A DNA stretch of 46,567 nucleotides from Candidatus Hadarchaeota archaeon. GTDB lineage: Archaea; Hadarchaeota; Hadarchaeia; Hadarchaeales; Hadarchaeaceae. This document shows positions 37,951 to 46,567 of this stretch, one piece after another. The notes under the pieces were generated by a model. The model was not told the origin of the DNA. It saw only the letters and a program-made list of their open reading frames with translations, and did not search any database. Numbering within the stretch: the first letter of the stretch is position 1; every line of letters begins with the position of its first letter. The position numbers and the translations under genes are program-made. Location of the stretch: positions 35,744 to 82,310 of the forward strand of contig JBFMBF010000003.1 in NCBI GenBank assembly GCA_040755315.1, read 5' to 3'.

Positions 37951-39255
37951 TCACCCCTTCAGCCTTTCCTCCACGCTCCTAGCGTGGCCCGGCAGCCCCT
38001 CGACCTCCGCAAGGTTTTTCACGACCTCGGCCACCTGTTCAAGTCCCTCCTTAGACAGCTCTTGGACGGTCGGCAGCTTTATGAAGTCAAGGACGGAAAG
38101 CCCGGAACAGCACCTGGCTGCTCCGCCAGTTGGCAGGATATGGTTGGGTCCCACCGCAAAGTCCCCCGCTGCGACTGGGGAGTATCTGCCTAGGAAAATG
38201 CTCCCTGCGTTTTTTATTTTGCCCAGCAGCTCCTCGGGACGCTCCACCATGAGCTCGATGTGCTCGGGTGCATACATGTTAGCAAATTCCGCCGCCTCGT
38301 CCATGCTCCTGACCACTACAATCCGGCCATACTTGGTCAGGGCCTCAATCGCCAGCTGCCACCTCGGGCTCTCCTGAAACATCTTCCTAGCAGCCTCTCT
38401 GACCCTAACCGCCAGTCGCTCTGACATCGTCACCAAAACGGACGCCTCGTTGCCTGTGCCGTGCTCGGCCTGAGATAGGAGATCCGCCGCGATGAAATCA
38501 GGGTTGGCTGAATCATCCGCGATTATGAGGATTTCGCTCGGCCCGGCCGCAAAATCCACGCAGACGTTCGGAGCGACGACCTGCTTTGCTGCCACCACAA
38601 AGACGTTGCCCGGCCCTACTATCTTCTCCACTTTCGGCACCGTTTCTGTCCCGTATGCCATGGCTGCTATCGCTTGGGCGCCCCCGACCTTGAAGACCGC
38701 ATCGACCTTTGCCACCCTTGCCGCAGCAAGAACAGCCGGGTCGACATTCCCCCCCTTAGCCGGAGGAGTGCACACTATCACCTTTCTGACCCCTGCCACC
38801 CTCGCAGGAATAGCGGCCATGAGAAGGCTGGAAGGATACCTCGCCATGCCGCCAGGAACGTAGACCCCGATGACTTCGAGCGGGCGCACCACCTGCCCTG
38901 CCCTGATTCCGGGCGCCAGCTGCTTCATCCACCCCTTCGGGAGTTGCTCCTGGTGGAAACTCCTTATGGCTTCGGCCGCCTTTTCTATCGCCCACACCGT
39001 CTTTTCGCCAGCCTGCTGGTATGCCACGCGCATCTCACCCTCGCTCACCTGCAGCCCCTCTGGGCTGAGCTTCACCCCGTCGAACTTCTCGGTGTAATCA
39101 AGAAGCGCCTTGTCCCCAGCTCTCCTGACGTCCGAAACTATCTTTATCGTGGACAGCAGGACCGAGTCCACGTCTACTTCCGATCGCTGGAACAGCATCT
39201 CCCTCTCCTTCTGTGAACACTCGAACATCTTCACTATCTTCAGAGGTTCCATCAT
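37951..39255 (-). CDS. hisD: Histidinol dehydrogenase
   Basis: [39 protein letters not shown]. Confidence 0.97.
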   Translation of the reverse strand: MMEPLKIVKMFECSQKEREMLFQRSEVDVDSVLLSTIKIVSDVRRAGDKALLDYTEKFDGVKLSPEGLQVSEGEMRVAYQQAGEKTVWAIEKAAEAIRSFHQEQLPKGWMKQLAPGIRAGQVVRPLEVIGVYVPGGMARYPSSLLMAAIPARVAGVRKVIVCTPPAKGGNVDPAVLAAARVAKVDAVFKVGGAQAIAAMAYGTETVPKVEKIVGPGNVFVVAAKQVVAPNVCVDFAAGPSEILIIADDSANPDFIAADLLSQAEHGTGNEASVLVTMSERLAVRVREAARKMFQESPRWQLAIEALTKYGRIVVVRSMDEAAEFANMYAPEHIELMVERPEELLGKIKNAGSIFLGRYSPVAAGDFAVGPNHILPTGGAARCCSGLSVLDFIKLPTVQELSKEGLEQVAEVVKNLAEVEGLPGHARSVEERLKG

Positions 39256-39824
39256 ATCACTCCCTTTGTGCTCGGGACCCCTCGCCTGCCCGACTTTTGC
39301 ACGGCCTTTGAAATGGCAATTCCCACTGCCTTGAACATGGCCTCTGCCTTGTGGTGGTCGTTGACCCCGCGAAGCACCTTAACGTGAAGGTTGAACCTCC
39401 CTTTGGTGGCAAATGTCTGGAGAAGGTGGACGATAATGTCACTGCTGAGGTCGTCGAGCCTTTTGTTTGAAAACTCGGCCTCTATTTCCGGAAATGCCCT
39501 GCCGCTCAGGTCGACGGCCGCCATCACGAGGGCGTCGTCCATCGGGACTATCGCATCACCCATCCTGGCTATCCCTGCCTTCTTCCCGAGGGCCTTCTCG
39601 AGAGCTTCCCCCACCCCAATCACGGCATCTTCTGCTATGTGGTGCTCGAGGTCGCCCCTAGCCTTCAACTCAAGGTCGAGGCCCCCGTGCTTGGCTAGGC
39701 TCTGCAGGAGGTGATCCAAGAATTTTATCGTGGTGTCGACTTTGGCCTTCCCAGAGCCGTCCAGGTTGAGCCTGACCTCCACCTCTGTCTCATTTGTTTT
39801 CCTCTTGACCTTTCCGACCCTCAT
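39252..39824 (-). CDS. hisB: Imidazoleglycerol-phosphate dehydratase (monofunctional)
   Basis: RKTNET, FLDH, HHIAED, NDHHKAE, PSTKG. Confidence 0.95.
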   Translation of the reverse strand: MRVGKVKRKTNETEVEVRLNLDGSGKAKVDTTIKFLDHLLQSLAKHGGLDLELKARGDLEHHIAEDAVIGVGEALEKALGKKAGIARMGDAIVPMDDALVMAAVDLSGRAFPEIEAEFSNKRLDDLSSDIIVHLLQTFATKGRFNLHVKVLRGVNDHHKAEAMFKAVGIAISKAVQKSGRRGVPSTKGVI

Positions 39825-40546
39825 TCCTTGGCCACCTCCATCGCCTGTGCGAGGGTGAACTTCCCCTCATAAAGAGCCTTCCCAATGATTACCCCGGCAG
39901 TGCCAGCATCCCTCAACTCCCAGATGTCGTCCAGCGACCCCACACCTCCGGCGGCTATGACAGGGATTTTCACGGCTTCCACCACCTCTTCGGTCTCCCC
40001 GGTCGCTGCTCCCCCCATGCTGCCCTCGACATCGACACTCGTGAAGATCAGACTTCCCACTCCCAACTTTTCTAGCTTCTGCGCAAGTTCCACAGGTGAT
40101 AGCCCTGTTTTCTTTTTCCATCCCTCCACTATGACGGCGCCCCCCCTAGAGTCAATCGCAACCATGACCCTGGCTCCTCCCACCATCTCCACGAGCGCAC
40201 GGACGAAATCTTCGTCCCTGACGGCCGCCGTCCCGAGAATCACCCTTTCCGCCCCGATGCCGAGCATCTCGAACGCTCTCTCTAGGCTCCTTATGCCCCC
40301 CCCAACCTGAACTTGAATGCTGACTCCGACCACAAGCTCCGCTATTTTGACAAGGTTGTCTCCCTTCCCCATGGCGGCGTCTAGGTCTATCACATGCAGG
40401 CACTCTGCACCTTCTGACACCCACCTCATGGCCTGCTCAACTGGGTCTCCATACTTGACTTCTGTGCCGAGCCTTCCGCCCACCATCTGGACGCACTCCC
40501 CCTGCATTATGTCAACGCTCGGAATAACAAAAAACCTCTTTCTCAA
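39821..40546 (-). CDS. hisA: ProFAR isomerase
   Basis: IPSVDI..G.CV, LHVIDLDAA, QVGGGIR, RVILGT, EG...G, GKALY. Confidence 0.93.
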   Translation of the reverse strand: MRKRFFVIPSVDIMQGECVQMVGGRLGTEVKYGDPVEQAMRWVSEGAECLHVIDLDAAMGKGDNLVKIAELVVGVSIQVQVGGGIRSLERAFEMLGIGAERVILGTAAVRDEDFVRALVEMVGGARVMVAIDSRGGAVIVEGWKKKTGLSPVELAQKLEKLGVGSLIFTSVDVEGSMGGAATGETEEVVEAVKIPVIAAGGVGSLDDIWELRDAGTAGVIIGKALYEGKFTLAQAMEVAKE

Positions 40547-41406
40547 GGGAGCACCCTTTCTATCGGGATGACCAGGATGTCGCGGGCTCCGGCCTTCTTC
40601 ACCTTCTGGACCACTTCGTCGACGAGCTCAGCTGCCACCACGGCCTGAACAGCCAGCATGCGCTCCGCCGACTCCACCCTTGAGACAGTCGGGCCTGACA
40701 TCCCCGGCATCGCGTTCTTTATTTTTTCCAGGGATTTCTCGGGGACGTTCATCATCACGAGCTTCTTACCCTTAGCCCTCACCACGCTCTCCAGCGCCGT
40801 CTTTATTCTCTCTATCTTTTCCTTCTTCACCCTGAGGCTCCTAGGGTTGGCTACCAACCTGGCGGTGGACTCAAAGAGCGACTCAATCACACGGAGGCCG
40901 TGGACCTTGATGGTCGTCCCAGTGCTTGTGAGGTCCACTATAACGTCGGCCGTGCCTATCAGGGGGGTTATCTCGGCCGAACCTGAAATCCTGGAGATCT
41001 CGGCCTTTATCTTCTTCCCAGAGAAGTACTTCCTCGCAAGGTTGGGGAACTCCGTGGCCACCTTCAGCCCTGGCTTGAGGTCCTTCGGGCTTTTTATCCC
41101 AGACCTTTCGCTCGCGGCCACCACCATCTTCGCCGAACCGAACTTCAGGTCCAGGAGCTCTGCCAGCTTCGCCCCGCTTTCGAGTATTAGGTCGAGACCA
41201 GTTATCCCCATGTCGGCGGCACCCTTCTCCACCAGGCTCGGAATGTCCTGGGCCCGGACGAAGATAAGCTCCAGCTCTGGGTCCCTGGTCTTCGCGAAGA
41301 GCTGTCGGGCCGCCTTGTCCACGGTCCCTATTCCCGCGTCCTCGAGCACCCTTATCGCCGGCTCCTGCAGCCTGCCCTTGTTTGGAATTGCCAACCTCAC
41401 CTGCAA
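40543..41406 (-). CDS. hisG: ATP phosphoribosyltransferase (long form)
   Basis: AIPNKGRL, RAQDIP, GITG.D, ATEFP, GSAE, DLTSTGTT, C-terminal regulatory domain. Confidence 0.96.
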   Translation of the reverse strand: MQVRLAIPNKGRLQEPAIRVLEDAGIGTVDKAARQLFAKTRDPELELIFVRAQDIPSLVEKGAADMGITGLDLILESGAKLAELLDLKFGSAKMVVAASERSGIKSPKDLKPGLKVATEFPNLARKYFSGKKIKAEISRISGSAEITPLIGTADVIVDLTSTGTTIKVHGLRVIESLFESTARLVANPRSLRVKKEKIERIKTALESVVRAKGKKLVMMNVPEKSLEKIKNAMPGMSGPTVSRVESAERMLAVQAVVAAELVDEVVQKVKKAGARDILVIPIERVLP

Positions 41407-42482
41407 ATTTTCACCCTCAACTTTTGCAGCTCCTGCATCAGCCGCCTGTCCTGCTCCGGTGTGCCCACGGTTATCCTGATGTAGTTTCTTCCAGCCCCCC
41501 TAAATGCTGAGAGGTCCCGCACGAGGATGCCGCGCTTCGCTAGGATGTCGCAGAATTTTGATGACTCTGTCTTCCATTTGCTCAGGTCAACCATGAGGAA
41601 GTTGGCCTTTGAAGGCAGCGGGCGCAAACCAATCTTGCCGAGCTCTCTTGATAGGTACTCCCGTTCGGACTTTATCACTCCCACGACTTTTTTCACATAT
41701 GGAAGGTCTTTCAGTGCTGCGATAGCGGCGGCCTGCGCCGGCCTGCTTACGTTGAAGGGGGCCCTGACCCGTTCTATTACCCTAATCAACTCCGGGTTGC
41801 CGACGGCGTAGCCCACCCGCACGCCCGCCAGCCCGAAAGCCTTTGAGAAGGTGCGGAGCACAATCATGTTTTTCTCTTTGGCGGCAAGTTTTGTGGCAGA
41901 ACCATCCGAGAAATCAACGTAGGCCTCGTCTAGCACGACCAACTTGCAGTCCTTCAACACTTTCCTCAACCCGGCCAGCCCTATGCCGTTGCCCGTCGGG
42001 TTGTTCGGTCTGCCTAAGAATGCCAGCTTTGTCCCCTTGGCCGCGCGCGCCAGCTCTTCCTCCCGCCACTCAAAGTCGGGCGGCTCCAGCCTGAAGAAAA
42101 GTGGCTTCCCCCCGTAAAGGATGGCAGAAATCTCGTAAAGGTCAAACGTCGGGGTCGGAATCAAGACTCTGTCCCCGCTGTCGACGAAAGCCTTGCAGAT
42201 AAGATCCATCAGCTCGTCCGACCCGTTCCCGACAACCAGGCAGTCGGGACCGACTTCCAAGTAATTGGCTATCGCAAACTTTAGTCTGCGCGCCCCGGGA
42301 TCGGGATAGCGGCTGATGAAACTCAGCTCCTCCTTCAGACTCCTGACCACCTTTGGCGACGGGCCGTAGGGACTCTCGTTCGAAGCTAGGTTTACAAACT
42401 TCGGGCCCCTCACGTCGTACTTCTTCGCCAGAGGGTATGGCCCCCTCGACTCCAGCAGGGCTTTCACCCTTCTCGAAATCAT
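41397..42482 (-). CDS. hisC: Histidinol-phosphate aminotransferase
   Basis: LASNE, RYPD, GNGSDE, PNNPTG, DEAY, RTFSKAFGLAG.RVG. Confidence 0.95.
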   Translation of the reverse strand: MISRRVKALLESRGPYPLAKKYDVRGPKFVNLASNESPYGPSPKVVRSLKEELSFISRYPDPGARRLKFAIANYLEVGPDCLVVGNGSDELMDLICKAFVDSGDRVLIPTPTFDLYEISAILYGGKPLFFRLEPPDFEWREEELARAAKGTKLAFLGRPNNPTGNGIGLAGLRKVLKDCKLVVLDEAYVDFSDGSATKLAAKEKNMIVLRTFSKAFGLAGVRVGYAVGNPELIRVIERVRAPFNVSRPAQAAAIAALKDLPYVKKVVGVIKSEREYLSRELGKIGLRPLPSKANFLMVDLSKWKTESSKFCDILAKRGILVRDLSAFRGAGRNYIRITVGTPEQDRRLMQELQKLRVKICR

Positions 42483-43462
42483 CGCCCCATCCTCCTGTTG
42501 ACCAGCTCGTCCTTGTCAGCGAACTTTTTCCAGACGTAGTTCCTCTCGAAAGTCAGCTCACTCGGGACCCCCTTCCGCTCGAGCACGGCCTGAGCTTCAT
42601 CCAAGCTCTCGGTAGGGACGAGATCCCTTGCGACCGAGCTTATCCTCTCAAAGACCACGGCGGGATCCAAGTAAAAGGTTGTCGCCGCCATTGAGGTGAT
42701 CTGGGCCTTCCTCGAACCGCCCCGGATCAAGACTTCCCCTTGGAGGCCCCTGGCGGCCTTGACAGCTAGGGCGCTCGATTCCGTCTTTGTCTTGGGGATT
42801 ACCTTGTCAAGGACTTCCAGATCCTCCGTGGTCAAACTCCTGGCGCCAAGTAATCCGCCGTATTCTGTGATTTTTGAAAGCTGGCGGTTGAACTGCTCGA
42901 AGCTGAGCTCACCGTCTGCGCAGCAGCCTAGAACCCCGAGCACCGCAGGGGCCTTCAGGTTGACCATAGCTGCCAGTAGCATACTATCAGCCAGCATACT
43001 GTGAAGGCCACCCTCCTGCCCGGACGCCAGGACATCCCCGCCGACATCTATCCCTATGAAAAGGTCGACGCCCAGCACTTCCATGGCTTCGTTCAAACCT
43101 TCGATTAACCCCTGGACCCCCTTGTTTGGGTCCACGAGCACTGTTTCTTCGAAAAGAACCTCTGCAACCACGGATTCCGTGAACCTAATTCCTTTGGTCG
43201 TCCTAGTCTGGGCGCTGGCGAGACCAACGGTCGCCGACAGCTTCCGGAACTCCACTATTTCTTCCATCTTCCGCGGGCCTGGCTCCGGGTCGTTGACATA
43301 GCGCTCCCAAGTCAGGCCACCGATGGTCGTCCTGAGGCCCAGCCACCTGAGGTATCTTGAGGTCGGGATGGTGCCGACGACATCCCCACCTCCACCTATT
43401 CCAACAATCAGCGCATAGCTTGAGCGCTTTACCATCTTCTCGAACGACTTTTTCATGTTCAT
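42479..43462 (-). CDS. DUF1152-family protein
   Basis: GIGGGGD, TWER...DP.PGP, DVGGD, ADS, G.DGEL; ATGA overlap with hisC. Confidence 0.85.
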   Translation of the reverse strand: MNMKKSFEKMVKRSSYALIVGIGGGGDVVGTIPTSRYLRWLGLRTTIGGLTWERYVNDPEPGPRKMEEIVEFRKLSATVGLASAQTRTTKGIRFTESVVAEVLFEETVLVDPNKGVQGLIEGLNEAMEVLGVDLFIGIDVGGDVLASGQEGGLHSMLADSMLLAAMVNLKAPAVLGVLGCCADGELSFEQFNRQLSKITEYGGLLGARSLTTEDLEVLDKVIPKTKTESSALAVKAARGLQGEVLIRGGSRKAQITSMAATTFYLDPAVVFERISSVARDLVPTESLDEAQAVLERKGVPSELTFERNYVWKKFADKDELVNRRMGR

Positions 43463-43575
43463 TCCCTTCTGCTTTTTGCCATTTTTGTATATAAATTTTA
43501 CTAATTTACATTAGCGGTGTATTAAATTTACAAAATATGGGAAAGTTTAAATACTCGTACACAAAAACATCTTGA

Positions 43576-44055
43576 ATGGTGGGCAAAGTGGTCCAAAAAG
43601 GTGAAAAAATAACACTCGACGAGAAAGACGCCAAGCTCCTCGCCCTTCTCCAGGAGGACTGCCGTGCCCCATATGCTGAGCTGGCGAAGCGGCTGGGAGT
43701 CAGCGCCTCCGGTGTCCACAAAAGGGTGAGGAGGCTGATTGAGGAGGATGTCATAACCAAGTTCGCTGCGGTTGTCGACCCTTTGGTGGTCGGGAAGAAG
43801 CTGAAGGCTTTCATCGGGATTTCCACTTCTCCAGGGATGTGCGGAGAGGTCATAGCACACCTAGAGCAGCGGCCCGAGGTGATGGAGGTTCATGAGGTCG
43901 CGGGGGAGCACGACCTTTTTGTGAAGCTCGTGACGGATGACACTCTGAAGCTTAACGAGATTCTGCACGAGATTGATCGCATCCCTGGGATTAACAGCAG
44001 CCGAACTCTCATCGTGCTCAAGACTGAGAAGGAGTCCGGCGCGATAGCGCTTTGA
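43576..44055 (+). CDS. Lrp/AsnC-family transcriptional regulator
   Basis: LDEKD..LL..LQ.D.R..Y.ELA..LG.S...V..R, V.GE.D, SRTLIVL. Confidence 0.95.
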   Translation: MVGKVVQKGEKITLDEKDAKLLALLQEDCRAPYAELAKRLGVSASGVHKRVRRLIEEDVITKFAAVVDPLVVGKKLKAFIGISTSPGMCGEVIAHLEQRPEVMEVHEVAGEHDLFVKLVTDDTLKLNEILHEIDRIPGINSSRTLIVLKTEKESGAIAL

Positions 44056-44060
44056 TTTTG

Positions 44061-44220
44061 GGTGTAAACTGGGGAGTTGACATCGCAGGTGTAAACTGGG
44101 GAGTTGACATCGCAGGTGTAAACTGGGGAGTTGACATCGCAGGTGTAAACTGGGGAGTTGACATCGCAGGTGTAAACTGGGGAGTTGACATCGCAGGTGT
44201 AAACTGGGGAGTTGACATCG
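44061..44220. repeat. Perfect tandem repeat, 27-bp unit GGTGTAAACTGGGGAGTTGACATCGCA, 5 full copies plus 25/27 of a sixth
   Basis: Units start at 44061, 44088, 44115, 44142, 44169 and 44196; each contains TGTAAACT-GGGG-AGTTGACA (8-bp arms, 1 mismatch). Confidence 0.97.
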
Positions 44221-44270
44221 TCGATTTTATTTCCTTATAAACCCTGCCCACACAAAACTCCGGCGGGAAC

Positions 44271-44570
44271 TTGGACGCTAAACGAGACAGCTTGAGCGAA
44301 TTTGTGAGCAGGCGGGGCAGGACAAAACTCGTGAAACTGCTTCTGAATAAGGGGTGGTCCAAAGCAGGAATAGCAAAAATGGTTGGGGTGACGCGGCAGG
44401 CTGTTCATAAATGGCTGAGACGGGAAGAAACCCACCCCTGCAACCTGAATCTTTGCTGCCTCCTTGATCTCTCGCTCAAAACAAACCGGGCCGAAGCTAT
44501 TGCAATCCTGCGTGAAGAACTCAAAACATTTCAAAACCTGTTCTCGGAAAAGTGTAGAGCGAGAACTTGA
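44271..44570 (+). CDS. Small helix-turn-helix DNA-binding protein
   Basis: GWSKAGIAKMVGVTRQAVHKWL HTH followed by THP; TATA-like CTTATAAA at about 44234-44241. Confidence 0.8.
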   Translation: MDAKRDSLSEFVSRRGRTKLVKLLLNKGWSKAGIAKMVGVTRQAVHKWLRREETHPCNLNLCCLLDLSLKTNRAEAIAILREELKTFQNLFSEKCRART

Positions 44571-44655
44571 CAAAAACACGATTTTTTGTGCGCAAAATCC
44601 TCCAGAAACTGTGCCCCTTAAAAACCCTCAAAACAATCCAGAGTGGGTAGTCTCC

Positions 44656-46567
44656 TTGATATTCGGCAAGAAAAAGCTCAAGCCGGAAGAAGCAGGCGCC
44701 GGGCAGACTGCTGAAGCTGCCCAAGAACCGATGCCCCAGCCTACCGAGAAGATTGAAGCGCAACCCCCTGCTGAAACCCCGCCTGAAGCGCAGCCTCCAA
44801 CAACTTCACCAGCAACATCCATGGAATCTGACGACGAGATGCTCTCGGAGCTTGCAAAGCACGTGCCCCCTGCTGAAAAACCTGCCCAACCACCAAAAAG
44901 GGAAACTCCTGCAGAGGCCCAACCTGAAACACCTGCCGAGTACTCCCCTCCGCAGGAGGAACTGCCCCCGGCCGAGGCCCAGCCTTTGCCTGCGGAACAG
45001 CCACCTGAAGCGCAGCCCTCAGCTACGGCCCAGCCTGAGGCCCCCTCCCAAGAACCTTTCACAGAAATTGAAGAAACAGAGGACGAAGAGGTGGATGATC
45101 TCAAGGAAAAGATCTCCGTCTCCGAGAGGGTGGGCGCGCCAAGGGAATTTTCAGAGTACTGCACCTTCGAGCCTCCGCCGGGATACCAGGAGTTGGAGCG
45201 CTACTGGGTCGCAAAACCATTCGTCTGGTCGGCCGTCCTCTACTCCCCTGAGAGAAACGAGCGAATGTACTTCCTGGTGGAGCCAAGCCTTACCCCAGGT
45301 GAGAAGACTGCTCTCCAGCTTTTACACGACCACCTCCTCGACCGCCTCACCTACGATGAGAAGGTGAAGGACAAGGACAAGATGATCAGCATGAAGATGA
45401 TCGAGATTCTCAGGGAGTATGGCGTGGCACTGCAGCAAAAGTCTGTAAAGAAGCTTTTCTACTACCTGAAAAGGAACTATGTCGGCTATGGAAAGCTCGA
45501 CGGCATCTTCAGAGACCCAAATATAGAAGATATCTCCTGCGACGGCCTCAACGTCCCAATATTCGTCTACAGCCGCAGGTACCAGAGCTTGAGAACCAAC
45601 CTCGTCTTCACAGACACAAACGAGCTAGACCTCTTCACCATCCGCCTGGTGGAAAAAGCTGGGAAGCAGATTTCTCTCGGCAAACCAACTATTGACGCCG
45701 CTCTCCCGGAGGGCTATCGTCTGCAGGCGACGCTTGGCACAGAAATCACCACCCGCGGCAGCTCATTCTCCATCAGGAAGTACGCCGAAGAGCCATTCAC
45801 CCCTGTAGACATCCTGACCCACGGAACTTTCTCAATAGAGATGCTGGCCTACCTCTGGCTCGCCACAGAAAACAAGAAAAACTTGATAATAGTCGGCGGG
45901 ACGGCCAGCGGGAAGACCTCCACCCTGAACGCCCTCTCCATGTTCATATGGCCGGACGCGAAAATCGTCAGCATAGAGGACACGCGGGAGCTCGCCCTCT
46001 ACCAGAGCAACTGGGTTCCGAGCATCGTCAGGCCTGGCGCTGGCGACAGGTCCATCGACATGTACGACCTGCTCAGGCAGGCCCTCCGCCAGAGGCCGGA
46101 AGTTATCATAGTTGGAGAGGTCCGCGGCAAAGAAGCGCTCACGATGTTCCAAGCCATGTCGAGCGTCGGCAAAGAAACACCCATCCTTGTTCAAGCGAGC
46201 CAGCCCAAGCTCACGCCAATAGGGGAATTTGTCGACAGTTACTACGAAAGAGACGAGGAAGGACCAAAGCCGATCAGCGGAGCCAAAGTTTTGACCGTTA
46301 GAGACGGGAAAGTTGTGTTCGACCCCATCAAATACATACTCCGGCATAAAGTCCAAGAAATCCACAAGATACGTTACCAGGGGGGGACGATAGAAGCGAC
46401 AGGTTCCCATTCAATATTCACAATAGATGATTTTGGAAATATCGTTTGCAGGCGCGCCAGCGAGCTTAAGGTTGGCGACCATCTGATCACATTCAAGAAA
46501 TCTGGATCCGAAGGTGTGCCGCAACACGCTGAGATAATGCAGGGAAAACGCAGGGCTAGAAAGCACC
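44656..46567 (+). CDS. Type II/IV secretion / pilus assembly ATPase (FlaI/TadA/VirB11-like), intein-containing, truncated by the window end
   Basis: Read manually (not in ORF track): probable TTG start, GYGKLD...DPNIEDISCDG, SFSIRK, Walker A GGTASGKTS, SIEDTRE, ALRQRPEVIIVGEVRG; no stop before the end. Confidence 0.92.
   Translation, partial: MIFGKKKLKPEEAGAGQTAEAAQEPMPQPTEKIEAQPPAETPPEAQPPTTSPATSMESDDEMLSELAKHVPPAEKPAQPPKRETPAEAQPETPAEYSPPQEELPPAEAQPLPAEQPPEAQPSATAQPEAPSQEPFTEIEETEDEEVDDLKEKISVSERVGAPREFSEYCTFEPPPGYQELERYWVAKPFVWSAVLYSPERNERMYFLVEPSLTPGEKTALQLLHDHLLDRLTYDEKVKDKDKMISMKMIEILREYGVALQQKSVKKLFYYLKRNYVGYGKLDGIFRDPNIEDISCDGLNVPIFVYSRRYQSLRTNLVFTDTNELDLFTIRLVEKAGKQISLGKPTIDAALPEGYRLQATLGTEITTRGSSFSIRKYAEEPFTPVDILTHGTFSIEMLAYLWLATENKKNLIIVGGTASGKTSTLNALSMFIWPDAKIVSIEDTRELALYQSNWVPSIVRPGAGDRSIDMYDLLRQALRQRPEVIIVGEVRGKEALTMFQAMSSVGKETPILVQASQPKLTPIGEFVDSYYERDEEGPKPISGAKVLTVRDGKVVFDPIKYILRHKVQEIHKIRYQGGTIEATGSHSIFTIDDFGNIVCRRASELKVGDHLITFKKSGSEGVPQHAEIMQGKRRARKH
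46162..46567 (+). mobile_element. Intein (N-terminal part) inside the secretion ATPase
   Basis: After FQAMS the expected TGH is replaced by SVGKETPILV (block A), IGEFVD, IEATGSHSIF (block B TxxH at 46399-46410) and ASELKVGDHL. Confidence 0.88.

Noticed and set aside
44061..44220. CRISPR array
   Set aside because: Units are head-to-tail identical with no unique spacers, and no cas genes are present
44061..44220. Replication origin (ORB) or integron/dif site
   Set aside because: No match to the TTCCAGTGGAAAC ORB core or GTTRRRY, no adjacent cdc6 or recombinase, and no AT-rich unwinding element
44018..44362. ORFs made of GVNWGVDIA or MSTPQFTPA repeats
   Set aside because: By-products of a stop-free 27-bp unit; they overlap real genes, and there is no synonymous variation between units

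Overview
Gene-dense archaeal chromosomal segment. Archaeal origin is supported by an RNA polymerase subunit P gene, Tfx and Lrp regulators, an archaeal-type T2/T4SS ATPase, TATA-like promoters and GGTGA/GGAGG ribosome-binding sites. The lineage cannot be fixed from the sequence alone. Left to right: (1) an Fe/Zn and thiol-redox cluster (FTR1, DtxR-FeoA, FeoB, NifX-like, CoA-disulfide-reductase-like, OsmC, two DUF364, a second DtxR, ZIP, Trx, HemN-like radical SAM, two DUF318 permeases, TrxB) with visible TTAGG..CCTAA operators; (2) two frameshifted genes (HIT, PrsW), DUF885 and rpoP; (3) a complete rnfCDGEAB operon facing a gene that fuses a Wzx/MOP-type transporter to an ApbE flavin transferase, then ZIP, ferredoxin-thioredoxin reductase, Trx and Tfx; (4) rhomboid, aminotransferase, and two modules in which a membrane-tethered winged-helix regulator is divergent from secreted proteins, with thiC and nadM between them, then ogt and rtcA; (5) a his operon (C-G-A-B-D-E-I, no hisH/hisF) headed by DUF1152 and divergent from Lrp; (6) a 6x27-bp palindromic tandem array before a small HTH gene, then a secretion/pilus ATPase (absent from the ORF track, runs off the window) interrupted by an intein. 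The best candidates for undescribed biology are the transporter-ApbE fusion (a putative coupled flavin export and flavinylation device for Rnf), the palindromic array/HTH locus and the membrane-tethered regulator modules. All family calls come from motif recognition, not database searches. No rRNA, tRNA or CRISPR array was seen.
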